A stretch of DNA of 64,000 bases from Tubiluchus corallicola. Lineage: Eukaryota > Animalia > Priapulida. Shown piece after piece: positions 14,501 to 25,761 of the stretch. Position numbers and translations under genes: made by a program. Each line of letters opens with the position of its first letter. The stretch's first letter is position 1. The stretch lies in contig JAQGDQ010000403.1 of NCBI GenBank assembly GCA_030141605.1, forward strand, positions 147,069 through 211,068, read 5' to 3'. The notes beneath the pieces were generated by a model that saw nothing but the letters and a program-made list of their open reading frames with translations, did no database searches and was not told where the DNA came from.

Positions 14501-16086
14501 AGCACCCCCCATTTTCACTTAATGTTATCGATAATATTTAACATAATAAGTCTTTCTTTTTTCTGTAGTCCTTTCTTTATACTTGTACAGAAACAGGGAA
14601 TGTGAGGGTAGTACTGTTTCTTTACAGCCCAGCATTATTGTGTGCTCCAGCAACGTGGTGTTTGGCTGTTGTGTACCTGTGGCCATGCACATGTTTCTGA
14701 GCCAGGTAGAGAAAGTGCTGTCACTCACATAGTTTGTCGTGAGTTGTCATGTGGTTACCGTGAGTGGATCAAGCTTGAACTGCGACAATTTAGGCTATTA
14801 GTAAGCAAAAAATATTTTTGTTTTGGATTTTATCAAGTTTATGTATAAACTTTCGTATGTTTGTTTGTTTAAAATTACAATTACAAATTACAACATTAAA
14901 ATTACATATGTTTGTTTCGTTTTATACAGTATTAAAACAATGGTTAAAAATTGTCTGAAGCAGCACCCCCACTAATTTTAGCTACGAGCCGCCACTGGAC
15001 ATAATACCTGCACTACTAATGTGCATTAAAGCACATTCTCAAAAGTCAAATCAACCCTGTGCCTTACTGGCAAATAACTCTAACAGAACAAGAATGACAA
15101 ATATTAGAACACTTTCAACTCAGCAAATTGCAGTTTAGAAACAATTTTGTATTTGTGGTTAAATAAAATACTCTTAGAGCAAAGTACAGTTGAATAACTG
15201 CCTCATGTAATTAGGTTGCAGGTAAGTATTATAAAAATAATTAATAAATAAGTAATTGTCTAAGAAATTAAAATGCTATACAGAAGAGGAGTTATTGATG
15301 TCATTAGGCTTTTGTGGAAGTCATCGATATTGTTGAGTTTCTGTTTGTGGTAAAATGTCCAGATCCAGATGTAGTGTTGTCAACATTTACTCATTTCTCA
15401 TTTATTTATAAAATATTCAGTATTACTTTAATGTTATTTCATTTTACTTCAGTTACTTGTAAAATAAACTAATCTTAATCATGGCAATGCCTGTCAGTCA
15501 TGAACAAATATTTTATCATCTGACTACAGCTTATTGACAATATTGCCATTTCTAGGACAGTTAACATTGATTCATAATTTTTGTGTTCAACCATTTTATT
15601 TGCCCCATAGAAACCATCTGTTACTTGAGTGCAGTTTCTTTTTGTGTTTGAGAGAGTGTTAGTTCCTAAACTTGGTGCATAAAATATATGATGGGTGAAC
15701 TTACTAAAAATCAAATTTCTCTTTTACAGGCAAATAACAACATTCTTAGTGCTACCTTGTGTCTGATCAAGGAACTAGACAAAGAATGTTTGGATATCGT
15801 AGCTGATGCAATTAAAAATCGTCTAGAAAGTATCACTGAATGTGAAAACGTCTGTCGATTTTCAAATGAAGTAGGCTTACTCTCACCACCCGAAGAGTTG
15901 AAATCTTCAGGTACATGTGATTCACCGTCACCGTGCGAAGGAGTGGTGGATCCATCCAGTACTTCCAGTTCTTTGTCAACCTCTGAAGCTATACCAGAGT
16001 CACCTTCTCCAGAAGTAATGCCATTACACGAAGGTGATGCACCGATTCAAATGTCTGTTAGTGCCATTCGAAGGAAAAGCGGCTGA
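5577..16086 (+). CDS. CFAP410: Cilia- and flagella-associated protein 410 (C21orf2), LRR protein, 6 coding exons
   Basis: Exons 5577-5656 ([27 protein letters not shown]), 10690-10755 ([22 protein letters not shown]), 11659-11785 (MNNIKSL...[25 protein letters not shown]), 12239-12335 (VLWLADNPC...[18 protein letters not shown]), 13434-13678, 15730-16086 ([16 protein letters not shown]-terminal motif). All introns are GT-AG with consistent phases. Motifs match C21orf2 (LNCWG, ELYLRRN, VLWLAENPC, LDN). AATAAA at 16485-16490. Confidence 0.93.
6345..6713 (+). CDS. PPP1R11: Protein phosphatase 1 regulatory subunit 11 (inhibitor-3 / Ypi1 family), single-exon CDS
   Basis: RVxF-type KKVKW followed by the family signature [28 protein letters not shown]. 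Splice acceptor TTTCAG at 6276-6281 in the 5' UTR. AATAAA at 6940-6945. Confidence 0.95.
   Translation: MMAEAPPAGSTVSATETVTEEESQMPTLKLRLKKTKTDKKVKWTNETVDNEHMGKKSSKCCCIYEKPRAFGESSSDDDDDDDECEHCRGHKSKWDKRPPTPHDDSSKQKQSPSENKSSPPQT
10875..11099. repeat. 77-bp tandem repeat, about 3 copies, in CFAP410 intron 2
   Basis: Unit caattctatcacctacgaggtctgggtgttactatactgtacaagtctcttttgctggcgttggcatttggcatat(t/c) starts at 10875, 10952 and 11029. Confidence 0.95.
12480..12610 (-). mobile_element. Degenerate tRNA-derived SINE-like repeat
   Basis: Reverse complement of the copy at ~41000-41120 (tagtggt...gaattcc...aaatttttcacatttcctgc...aagtttggtatcaaaa). Box A/B-like remnants. Confidence 0.55.
12915..13389 (-). 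mobile_element. Internally deleted, non-autonomous RTE-clade non-LTR retrotransposon
   Basis: 17-bp TSD TAGGTTTTTTTTGCTTT at 12898-12914 and 13390-13406. (GAA)n 3' tail near 12920-12935. RTE C-terminal peptide [20 protein letters not shown]...[19 protein letters not shown] is joined directly to a 5' UTR-like head. Confidence 0.88.
13330..13395 (-). ncRNA. Twister ribozyme-like sequence at the 5' end of the RTE element
   Basis: Minus strand reads AACC-TAG-CCA...GCCGGTCCCAAGCCCGGATAAA-TAGG-GAG-GGTT. The core GCCGGUCCCAAGCCCGGAUAAA...GAGGG matches the eukaryotic twister P4/L4/T1 core as I recall it (Osa-1-4 type). L1 is UAG instead of UAA and P2 has a mismatch, so activity is uncertain. Confidence 0.75.
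14466..14997. mobile_element. hAT-like MITE (degraded)
   Basis: Termini cagtagcagctcgt / acgagccgccactg (imperfect TIR, CAG...CTG). gcagcacccc occurs near both ends. TSD is degenerate. Confidence 0.55.
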
Positions 16087-16852
16087 TGCGTAGTAGTACA
16101 AATACATGTCTGTTGGAGAAATACACGTATCTTCTAACTTATTTGTCATGTGCAATTTTTTCGTTTGAGAAAATTATCGGTTTAAACCACAATGTAAATG
16201 TAGAATTTGAGAAACTAGGATTTGTTCTTCTCTTATGATGCACAGTAAGTGCTCGCTGATGGGGCCAAGTGATGTGTGTTTTTATTGCCCGAACTGGATT
16301 CAGGCATTACATACAAGTCCATGTTGGAAAATAGCTTTTTAACTGTTATAAAACACAGTTTTTTTTTGCTAAATGGAATTTTTGTTATAAGTTTGTTTCT
16401 CTGGAGCTATGTAGTAAACTTGAATTTGAGTATGTGATTTTTTCAATGTTTATCTTGTATCATTCTTTCTTTTTGTCACTGTTTAATAAATATAATTATA
16501 GTTATTTTGACATTTGCTTTTGCTGCGTTTTAAACTTTTTGTATAGTACATTAACAAATTCAGATGATGAGCCCTGTTAACAATGCAAATGTCTAAGCCA
16601 AGATGTAAAATTTTTAAAATCTGTGGTTTACTAAAATGTGAATATAAAATCTAAGAGCTATTCTTATGTGTTCATAGATTGCTTGCAGGCATATATTTTC
16701 TGTATTTTTTGCAACTGTACATGATACAACCTGAATAAGAAATGTCTACCTATTCGTTTGCTTCAGAATCACTGTAGTCAGTGTAGTGCAACAGAGTTTT
16801 GACTTCAGATGAAGTGTCATTCTGGTTGTGGAGGTTTGTTTAAGTCAAACTG

Positions 16853-18439
16853 CTATGTCAGACGCTCATACTTTATATAATCCTTGCTGCCTATCCGTTG
16901 TTTGTGATTAGCGATTTTCACAAAAGCTATTTTCATAGTTAAAACTAAAATCACTGCTACAACAAATAGGCCGCTGATAGTGTAAATGTGTAGTGGCAGA
17001 TTTACTGAGCCTGGACTTTTAAACGAAGTTGTGTTATTCTTCTGAATCTCAGTGGAGGAAGTCTTTGTGACATTCTTCTGAATCTCAGTGGAGGGAATCT
17101 TTGTGTTATTCTTCTGAATCTCAGTGGAGGGAGTCTTTGTGTCATTCTTCTGAATCTCAGTGGAGGGAGTCTTTGTGTTATTCTTCTGAATCTCAGTGGA
17201 GGGAATCTTTGTGACATTCTTCTGAATCTCAGTGGAGGGAGTCTTTGTGTTATTCTTCTGAATCTCAGTGGAGGGAGTCTTTGTGTTATTCTTCTGAATC
17301 TCAGTGGAGGGAGTCTTTGTGTCATTCTTCTGAATCTCAGTGGAGGGAATCTTTGTGTCATTCTTCTGAATCTCAGTGGAGGGAGTCTTTTCCTTAGAGA
17401 ACAGCTTATCCGGCGCCACATGCGGTATATTATTTTGTTCGAAACTGCCTAGATCTTCAAGTTCCTTGTTATATGGAAGGGGTACGCTTGCATCTGCTGG
17501 AATTTCATTGGATAAATTCAAGTTATCCCCGCGACAAATAGAGGGTTTGTCATTGCTGCCATTGGTATAGTACATCAAGTAAAGATTGCACATTTCGTCA
17601 TTGCTGTTGTGTCCCATACGTGTTTCTTCCCTTCTTTTAGAAGAATCGTACGTACATCGAGTAACCAGTTTATTTCCAGGATACACAGTGACTTCTCTTT
17701 CCAGTAGATAGAAATTTTCTGGCCACAGAGGGTTTCCTTTAGCTATTAGTGTCCAGCTGTCATTAGCAATTACATAACCAGTTATAACTCTACCTAATTC
17801 GTGAGCGTGTGGCCTGAATGCAAAAATGTGAAATGGTGAAATGTTATCATCCATTTTGCAAGACACATCAACATATGCTTCTTTCATGTGTGGTGGTATG
17901 ATTCTAGTGGCAGACATGCCCGTCAGTAATAGCACACCTGCTGCAAGAGGTTGACTCAATGTCGTAGTCTTAAGTGTCAGTCCTGAATGATCCTTCTGCC
18001 CTTTCTTAGAAGGTGACGCATAATGTACCTGAAGTACCAGTGATTCAATGTCATTATTGACACCGATACCAAAACCAATTTTCTCTGGTAGAACAAGGGG
18101 AGATGCGTTGCGAGCATAGGCATATAATACTCGGCAGCTTCCTCCGAATTTATATATCTTGTGTTTGCACCTCCACGAGGTTCCTTCTCCGCCATGGTAA
18201 GAACTACAGCCATAAAGTAACATATGATGCACCTTGCTCATCACGTTCGGGCTAAATCCTGTAACGTAGACGTCTTCAGTTACTGGGAATACCGTGCAGA
18301 TATATTCATCCTTTACTGTTGGTGTTACACCAGGCATCAACAAGTCCATCGTAGAACTGCTGTCCACAAGATTTGCCTTGATAACTTCAACTACAACGTC
18401 ATAATATAGCAGTGCAATCAGTAATTTATGTCTATTCAT
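16853..18439 (-). CDS. PHM: Peptidylglycine alpha-hydroxylating monooxygenase (PHM), monofunctional, intronless, with repeat stalk and C-terminal TM helix
   Basis: CuH ligands VHHMLLYGC and LQVHY; CuM ligands RPHAHELG and EMCNLYLMY; GNPLWPENFY. Likely start is ATG 18439 (MNRHKLLIALLYY..., signal-peptide-like); the ORF is open from 18526. No PAL domain. TM segment IYTISGLFVVAVILVLTM; tail ends YERLT. Confidence 0.92.
   Translation of the reverse strand: MNRHKLLIALLYYDVVVEVIKANLVDSSSTMDLLMPGVTPTVKDEYICTVFPVTEDVYVTGFSPNVMSKVHHMLLYGCSSYHGGEGTSWRCKHKIYKFGGSCRVLYAYARNASPLVLPEKIGFGIGVNNDIESLVLQVHYASPSKKGQKDHSGLTLKTTTLSQPLAAGVLLLTGMSATRIIPPHMKEAYVDVSCKMDDNISPFHIFAFRPHAHELGRVITGYVIANDSWTLIAKGNPLWPENFYLLEREVTVYPGNKLVTRCTYDSSKRREETRMGHNSNDEMCNLYLMYYTNGSNDKPSICRGDNLNLSNEIPADASVPLPYNKELEDLGSFEQNNIPHVAPDKLFSKEKTPSTEIQKNDTKIPSTEIQKNDTKTPSTEIQKNNTKTPSTEIQKNNTKTPSTEIQKNVTKIPSTEIQKNNTKTPSTEIQKNDTKTPSTEIQKNNTKIPSTEIQKNVTKTSSTEIQKNNTTSFKSPGSVNLPLHIYTISGLFVVAVILVLTMKIAFVKIANHKQRIGSKDYIKYERLT
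17030..17389 (-). repeat. Coding 36-bp tandem repeat, 10 copies (K[T/I]PSTEIQKN[D/N/V]T)
   Basis: Ten near-identical units ttcttctgaatctcagtggaggga[g/a]tctttgtg.. inside the PHM ORF. Confidence 0.97.
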
Positions 18440-19904
18440 ATTGAATCGAAATCTTCTGATTTTAGCTGATGGCTCAGTCGATGTGACACACTGAACCACA
18501 TCATACCTAATAGTTACTTGTACCATTACAGCTGCGTACTAGCAGACAGGCAGTACAGTACAGTTAAAGAGTACAGTTAAATGTACAGTACACATCATAT
18601 GCATGAGTGCTGTAACAGAACTCGCCCATAGGCGCTGTTCCATTTCTTTTACGTAATTTTTCGTCATACAAACGCGGTTAGAGGTTCAAAAATCACCGCT
18701 CCACTAATGAACGTATACAGTAATTGTGACATAACAATTAAAACCAGTCAAGTGACTTTGAACTTTCTAGTTTTTCGTCTTAATTCAGTATTTTTGTAAC
18801 TTTTGAAATGAATGAAGCAGAAGAAGACACTACAAAAAATGTAACAGCATTTTATTTCAAAAATATCTAACACATCAGAAAAACGGTAAATAACAAATCA
18901 CAAAAGATCTATTCACACCAAATTCAGCACCAGGGCCCAGATTCATGTACGGGCCGCAACTTTATGCACTTCCAAGTGCATTGTCTTACGACACCTCTGA
19001 GACAGTCGTAAATCGTATTCATATAGTTGTCTTAGGGTGCAGTCAAGTCCATCTCGTTGGTTGTCGTAACCTTGCTGTTAGTTGAAATGCATAAAACTGT
19101 CCTAGGGGTCAGTGAAGACACGCGGGGCGGTGCTAGCTTTAACGAATCGTGAAAACTGTAACTCGCAAAATGTAATACACCAGAATGAATAAGCAGCACC
19201 AGACAAGGCTGGACCGCGCCGTGTTTTATAAACGCCTGTCGACTTATTCGCTTTTAATACATAGATGTACAGCTTTTATCTGTTGAATTAGTCAGAATTA
19301 ACTCGCTAAAATTGTCTTATAATATTTTAGGCCTAACAATGCAAACTTTTTTCTTATTAATAATTATTGTATCAATGAACTGCCTTGCTTATACATACAT
19401 ATGAAAGCAAATGATAACAGTTAGTAAATCTATTTGAATAAACTATAAATTAGTTTCAAAGGGTTCGGCAACGAACGAATTGCACAATGTTGCTAGTCCG
19501 ATGAGGATACGCAGATCTCTTGTACGCGAATTCGATATTAGGGGAAAGTTATACTGAGTTAGCGGTTTTTTGGCTTTTTGACATAACTTACCGAGAAAAT
19601 ATAAAGTTTGGAAGCAAACTGTTAGTAAAATACGTGATAATAGTAACAGAGAAAAAAAGATAGACTATAAGCATTTAGATTCAACAAATTTTTATTAATT
19701 TTATGTAATGGATTATTGTAGCTGTATCAAGTCTCGCTGATTACTAATACAGTTCTGTACATTGTTCTGTGTATTATTTACAAAAAGTAAATTTACAAAT
19801 ATTTTCTGTAGGCCAGCAGCGTGTACGAACAGTCTATGCTTTTTTCAGTTGCACATGGTTTTGCTGTTTAATAGAGAAGCCTTGTACTTAAAGAAGAAAA
19901 AAAA

Positions 19905-20005
<101 letters not shown>

Positions 20006-20328
20006 ATTAGTTCTAATATTAATTGACTTGCACACTTTTATTTGTTATTGTCTGTAGCTAACTGTAGTTTTTAATTATACCTTGATGTAGTAAATGTTTG
20101 CTTCTATGTGGCCATTTGACGGATGATAATTTACTATTAGTCACTTGTTTAGTAACTATTAACTTGAGTAACTACCGCTACTGTATTTACAGTATTTCCA
20201 AACTATCGATCAACCATTTTGTGATTTTTGAAATCTAATACTAATAATAACAGTAGTATTTATCGAGTTACGACAGCTCCCCAGGTGTCGTAAAGTTAGG
20301 CGTGGCGGCTAAGAGAAATTTTGTTTAA

Positions 20329-20872
20329 AGCGAAACCGGACGATTGTGTAAACAGTTCAGAATAAACAATGCTCTAAATATTGAAAACTACAATAGCTTT
20401 TTTTAAACAACTGCTTGGATTAAATAATAATTACCTCGGATACTCAAATTTTGTTAAACTTTCAAAGCTACGCGCGGCTCAGCGAATCTACTGAGATTGG
20501 CAACAGCGCTTTTTTGTCACATGCGCGTGGCGGACAAATAGAAAGCGGTACCATGATAACCATGATCTTGAATTGCAGTGTTAGTTTCTGACGTTAAATG
20601 ACGTAGAGCCCATTTTCGTGACATCACGCGTTTAAGCAGTACTGTAACATTTACGCAAACGTGTTTGACGCGCAAGGGAAGATGCCTGCCATTGCACAAA
20701 CTGTGGTTAGTTTCTGACGTGAACAATAGGTGCGTTCGGTTGCTGTTAATTAACTTTCTCAGCTAATTATTCAAATATAAGAAACATTTACTAACTTTTA
20801 TAGGTAAGAAAATGTATATTTTGGACAATAAATTAAAACAAAATTGACTCTAAACAATCGTCCGGTTTTCCT
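20329..20872. mobile_element. TTAA-TSD MITE (Kolobok/piggyBac-like) nested in the larger element
   Basis: TTAA|agcgaaaccggacgattgt ... acaatcgtccggttttcct|TTAA. Confidence 0.85.
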
Positions 20873-22367
20873 TTAATGAATCCCTAAAATCGCTAATTGC
20901 GCACAAAGTTAGGCGCGACGTGATGCAACTTAAGACGTCTACTTGAATTCTGCCTAACTTTCCTACTAGCGCGGAAGCTAATCGCGACTATGGTGCGACT
21001 GAGGAGATTAGACATCTGTATATATATATATGTGTGTGTGTGTTTATAGACTGATTAAGAGATAGTCGAACATGATGCTTTAGTTCAGTCCATAGATCAC
21101 TACAAAAAGGGACTTATGATCATATAACATGATCATTACTGTCCAAAAATAACTGAAGAATTATTTGCAAATTCTCACTACACACCTATTATCGCCTAAC
21201 ATGATCATTACTGTCCGAAAACAGCTAAAGAGTTATTTACAAATTCACAATATGACATTGGGTTTCCATTGATCTACATGAATTCAATGCAAATAATTCC
21301 GCGCGCCTAAACCCCACTTAAGACAACGAAACTGTCGTAAGTGCAGTACGTGAATCCGACCCCAGTACTCAGTACAACTAGTGCCTCAGTTCAACTGCAG
21401 CAGTATTATATCACCTCTACTAGGTTCATCTTCTAAAGCACGTTTCTTGTGCTTTAGAAGATACCGACCTAGAATGCGTTGTTTAGTTAAACACGGTAGT
21501 CGTTTATAACTAGCTGTCAACTCCAAAACAACTAGCTAGATGAATTAGTAAGCCATTTAAATGATTCATGCGGCAGTATGCCATTTGAACACTGCCATAT
21601 ACAATGTTGGGCCGTCGTTGTGATTTTTTGCATGTGCGAGAGCGTTTAACCCTATGGTCTAAATTACCGGCTCTAGGGAATGCTTGCATTGTTGATGCAG
21701 GTTTGACTCCTCCTTGTAATTTTAAATAAAATGTTATACAAATTTTGTTCCAGTTGTTGGGAATGTAATCATCTTTTATGTCAAGGAATTCCATCTACTG
21801 GCGTTCACTGGTCTTGTTACTCATGAAATACTTCCGTCTGAAAACAAACAAACAAACAGAAATTTGGCTTTGTCCGAAGTGTTTATGTAATAGCTTATTA
21901 AATTTGTATAACATTTTTAAAATACATAAATAACAAATAAATGCTGTATAGTTTATTTAATATTAATTAAGACGAACAGACACTAGAAGTCATCATAACT
22001 TATCATAGAGCTTCCAGGCCAGTTCTGGCGCGTTCTAACCATTTCTGCAGCTGCTGGAGGTAAGATACTATAACTTGTTTAAAGCAGAATTCTCTACAAT
22101 AAATGGCATTTCTTTCGTTTAATGGACAGTTATAATTCGCCGTTCTTTCCGACAGCTGACTTTGTATAATGAGCTAAAATGACGAAAAGGGGTACCTGCT
22201 GTAGGTTTCAAAAAAATCGCCTTAAAAATTATATTACTTTATAGCAATTTTATACGTATATTGTATTCGCGTTGAAAGGATCTTTGTTTGTTTTCATTTC
22301 AAGTCTCCCGCAATACTGTTCCGACGGCGCCATTACATGACGTTATATACGTACAACATAATTCATT

Positions 22368-22425
22368 TACTAATCAGGCTCAGCATTGCTTAACTTCAGT
22401 TGTTAGGCGTAGACTATGCCTGCCC
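22368..22425 (-). pseudogene. Possible 5S rRNA-derived fragment (SINE3-like head or 5S pseudogene)
   Basis: tactaatcaggctcagcattgcttaacttc resembles the reverse complement of the 5S internal control region (tactaaccaggcccgaccctgcttagcttc). Short and diverged. Confidence 0.35.
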
Positions 22426-23237
22426 AGCTGTTCACTTGTTTGGACAAAGAGCTGTGCACAGTAAAGCGAATCCAGATAAAAAATCATGGGAAAAAAGAAA
22501 TTAATCATAAGCCTAACCCAGCCAAATTTTAACTGTGACTTTTCCAATGGGTCAATGGTAAATCATTCTGACAGACGGGAGCTGTTAATTATTAATTGCT
22601 TAACTATTAGTGATTACGCAAACACACCAAAGCTGACTACCTAATTACGCGCTGGTAGAGTTTGAAATGATAATTTTCGAATGTGCTTCAGGTATTATAC
22701 ATATGTTGATTTAATCAAAAAACTGTCATATGGCTGCACATTTATTGTGCTGACTGCCTTGTCACTGGTTTACGACATGCTATTATATGCATCAATAATA
22801 ACACTATAAGTTGAAGTTCATTGACCTCCAGGGATGTTGCAAAACCGGGTACATCGTGACACTGCACTGATTATTAATTCATCCCGATGCTTAAAATATT
22901 CAGCAGTCTTCACAGCAGCTTAGCCTTTTACATTATAACAAGCCGATGATGAACAATGGATGCGTAATGGCGCTTCTAATAGGTGAACTTTTATGAGTGA
23001 AATCTTAGAGTGTTGTAGACTGTTATACAGTTGCCCTTTATGTAAAGGAAACTGTACATTTAGTTTCTGGGATTTATATGGCATGTAGTGAAGATGTATA
23101 TCTGAAGCCCGGTGGGATTATATTTATAATTTAATTATATCCACCTTGATTTGGTAAGAATGATTCCTGGAATTATAACCGCTTATTAAAATAGGGTACA
23201 ATGTGAATATTTGTAGAAAAGTATGAAAAGTAAGAAC

Positions 23238-23670
23238 GTTGATGATGATGATGATGATGGTAGTGGTGGAGGTGGTGGTAGTGGTAATGGCGGCAGCGGC
23301 GGTGGTGACAACGATGATGACTGTGATGTTGAAGAAGAAGATTGTGATGATTATGACAATGACGACGGCGATAGTGTGATAATGATGGCGACAATGACAA
23401 TGAAGACTTTGATTTTTCTGTAATGTCTATTCGTAGACAGCAATGTGCTAATGACGAGTGTGTGATTTAACTAATAATCACAATGATGAAGATGATGAAG
23501 ATGATGGCAATGACAATGACTGGATGCTAGTGACGGCGAGGAACGAAATGATGAAGAGTAATGACAACAATGATGAATCGCTGACGATAACAATGGAACT
23601 GACTAATAATGTGTGACGACATGGCTTTGCTTGATGATAATAGCAATGTTGACGATGATGTTATCATTAT
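23238..23670. repeat. Degenerate (GAT/GGT/GAC)n low-complexity region
   Basis: Trinucleotide-rich tract giving the poly-D/G and poly-H ORFs 23223..23423 and 23173..23400. Confidence 0.8.
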
Positions 23671-24354
23671 TACATCAGTATCTGAAAAGAGCGTTCGATT
23701 TAACATTAAATTTTCGAATTTTGTTCGACAGTCCTGACCATTTCATACTCTAGTATTTGTGACAAATTGAAATTAACGTTCTATTTTACATGAAACGCTT
23801 ATCATCACGATTTTGCACAGAAAGATTTAAACACTTCAGCATTGATCCTTAGAAATAAATGTACTTGGGGCATTGCGGCGAGCGGGAAGTCCTGGCATAG
23901 GGAGGTGAACAGAATCATGTCACTGGACGTGTGATTCATTGGATGATGATGATGATGATATTATCACGCTAAATTTCATGAAAATTTAGAATGCAGAAGC
24001 CTTGTGGTTTTGTTGTTAGAGTTGCTGTTCTGATGAGTGATGAAGATGATTGGTACTACATATTGTTTAAATCAGCACTGGGTATCACCCATCATCATCA
24101 TCATCATACTCCCGTCACGTCTATTGTAGACATTGGGCAGGCAGAATTCTAAAATTAAAGAAATCTGCCTTCAGACAGGTATCACCCGTCTATTTGTTAA
24201 CCAAGTCTGGCACCGCCTACCTTCGTTATAGCCAATTACACACACCACTCAGTGAAGTTTGTCACCCGATTTCATGTACATAAATTAACTAACTGAAGTT
24301 TCTATATTACATAATGATGCCATCCTTCCAAACTCATAGAAGAGCTTTTATAAG

Positions 24355-24461
24355 CAGGGCCTATTTCAGGGGGGGGGGAAGTGGGGATACTTCCCCGGGG
24401 CCTCGCGCCAAGGTAACATTTTTTTGCTTTATGCGAACATACTGCCTCCTCTCTCCCCCCT

Positions 24462-24513
<52 letters not shown>

Positions 24514-24720
24514 CGCAGGCGCGCCGTTTGCCAGTATTGATAAGCATTAAGGACTGGTCTTGAAAATAAAACAGTTTTTCTTTCAATTGTTCTTTCCTTT
24601 AACGACTGTATAACTCCATATTTCCTCTTCGAAAATGCTTCTCTGGCGCTCTAGCAGTTCAAAAATTTTCTGAAATACGCCCCACTTCCCCGGGCCTCGC
24701 TTAGGCTGAAATAGGTCCTG
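24355..24720. mobile_element. hAT-family MITE with internal (CT)n
   Basis: TIR cagggcctatttcag / ctgaaataggtcctg. Perfect 8-bp TSD TTTATAAG at 24347-24354 and 24721-24728. Confidence 0.92.
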
Positions 24721-25609
24721 TTTATAAGGCAGCTATAATACATTTTAGGCTTGGAACATTTGCTTGCGTAGTTCTCGCAACGTTACCATGGTATTCTTTT
24801 TTTAAATTTCCCAACTTCAGAGAACTACGGGACTTGTTTTCAGAATAAATACCTGTACTTGCCGTATTACTACGTTAATGCAAATATTTTATTTTGTCCA
24901 AGAACAGTTTCATTGCCTATGTAGGTATTAATAATAGAACCAGTTGATACCGTCCGCGCATTGTATTTTTGATGTGCATAACTAGGACATTCTGGACATT
25001 GATGAATTGAGGGCGCCATTGATCCAGGATAGACAAATTGACAGGCTTCTATTCTAGCTACATTCCTGTATTCTCGCTATTCCTGCCGCATATAATGGTG
25101 TAAGGCACCTCGTGGTACCAGGTGGACACGGTTACGGTTTCTATAATGTTGCAACACAAACATCATATCTTATAAATAGGTAACTACATGTTTTTATGGA
25201 TTTATACCCAACGGGGATTGCAGCCTCATTATTACCTGCTATTAGTCAGCTGTTACTGAAGCCTGTAATAGGTGCACAGGGAGCACGAATCCCCGTCGGG
25301 TCTCATTCGCAAGCGTGCGGCTTCTGCTGATGACTAGACTTTGCATAACCTGTCTGTCGCTGGCATGATAATAGAGATGGGTTAAACATTAATCGCTGGT
25401 TTGCATAATCGTATACCGATTTAATCATAAAATTATAATATTTGCATTTCTTTGCTATTGTGTAAAAGAACTCGCGGATCAGTTTGGAAATTCAGTCAAC
25501 TTTATTCCGACTATGACGTGACAGCAGCAAAATAGGTAAGCCCATGTGGGAAAGCTAATGAAAGTTTTATTAGACTACTACAGTTTTTCTAACTATGCAA
25601 ATATCCGAA

Positions 25610-25761
25610 GGAATTTATAATTCCCCACACAAGTAAAATTCACTTATCTTAACCCTATCCCTAATGCCAATCCGAACCCTAACCCGAACCCTAATCCTAA
25701 TCCTAATCCTAATCCACTTTAATAGACAAACTAATTTCTTGTGTGTGGGGAATTGTAAACT
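25610..25761. mobile_element. Small foldback/MITE with internal (CCCTAA/CCTAAT)-like repeats
   Basis: ataattccccacaca ... tgtgtggggaattgt inverted ends around ccctaa/cctaat repeats. Confidence 0.55.

Noticed and set aside
17030-17389. 36-bp repeats resembling a CRISPR array
   Set aside because: Contiguous tandem units with no unique spacers, inside a eukaryotic ORF.
17002-17421. 139-aa Arg/Pro repeat ORF (RLPPLRFRR...)
   Set aside because: Alternative frame of the 36-bp PHM repeat; no independent evidence of coding.
21510-21840. 94-aa minus-strand ORF with an upstream acceptor
   Set aside because: No recognisable motif and no partner exons found.
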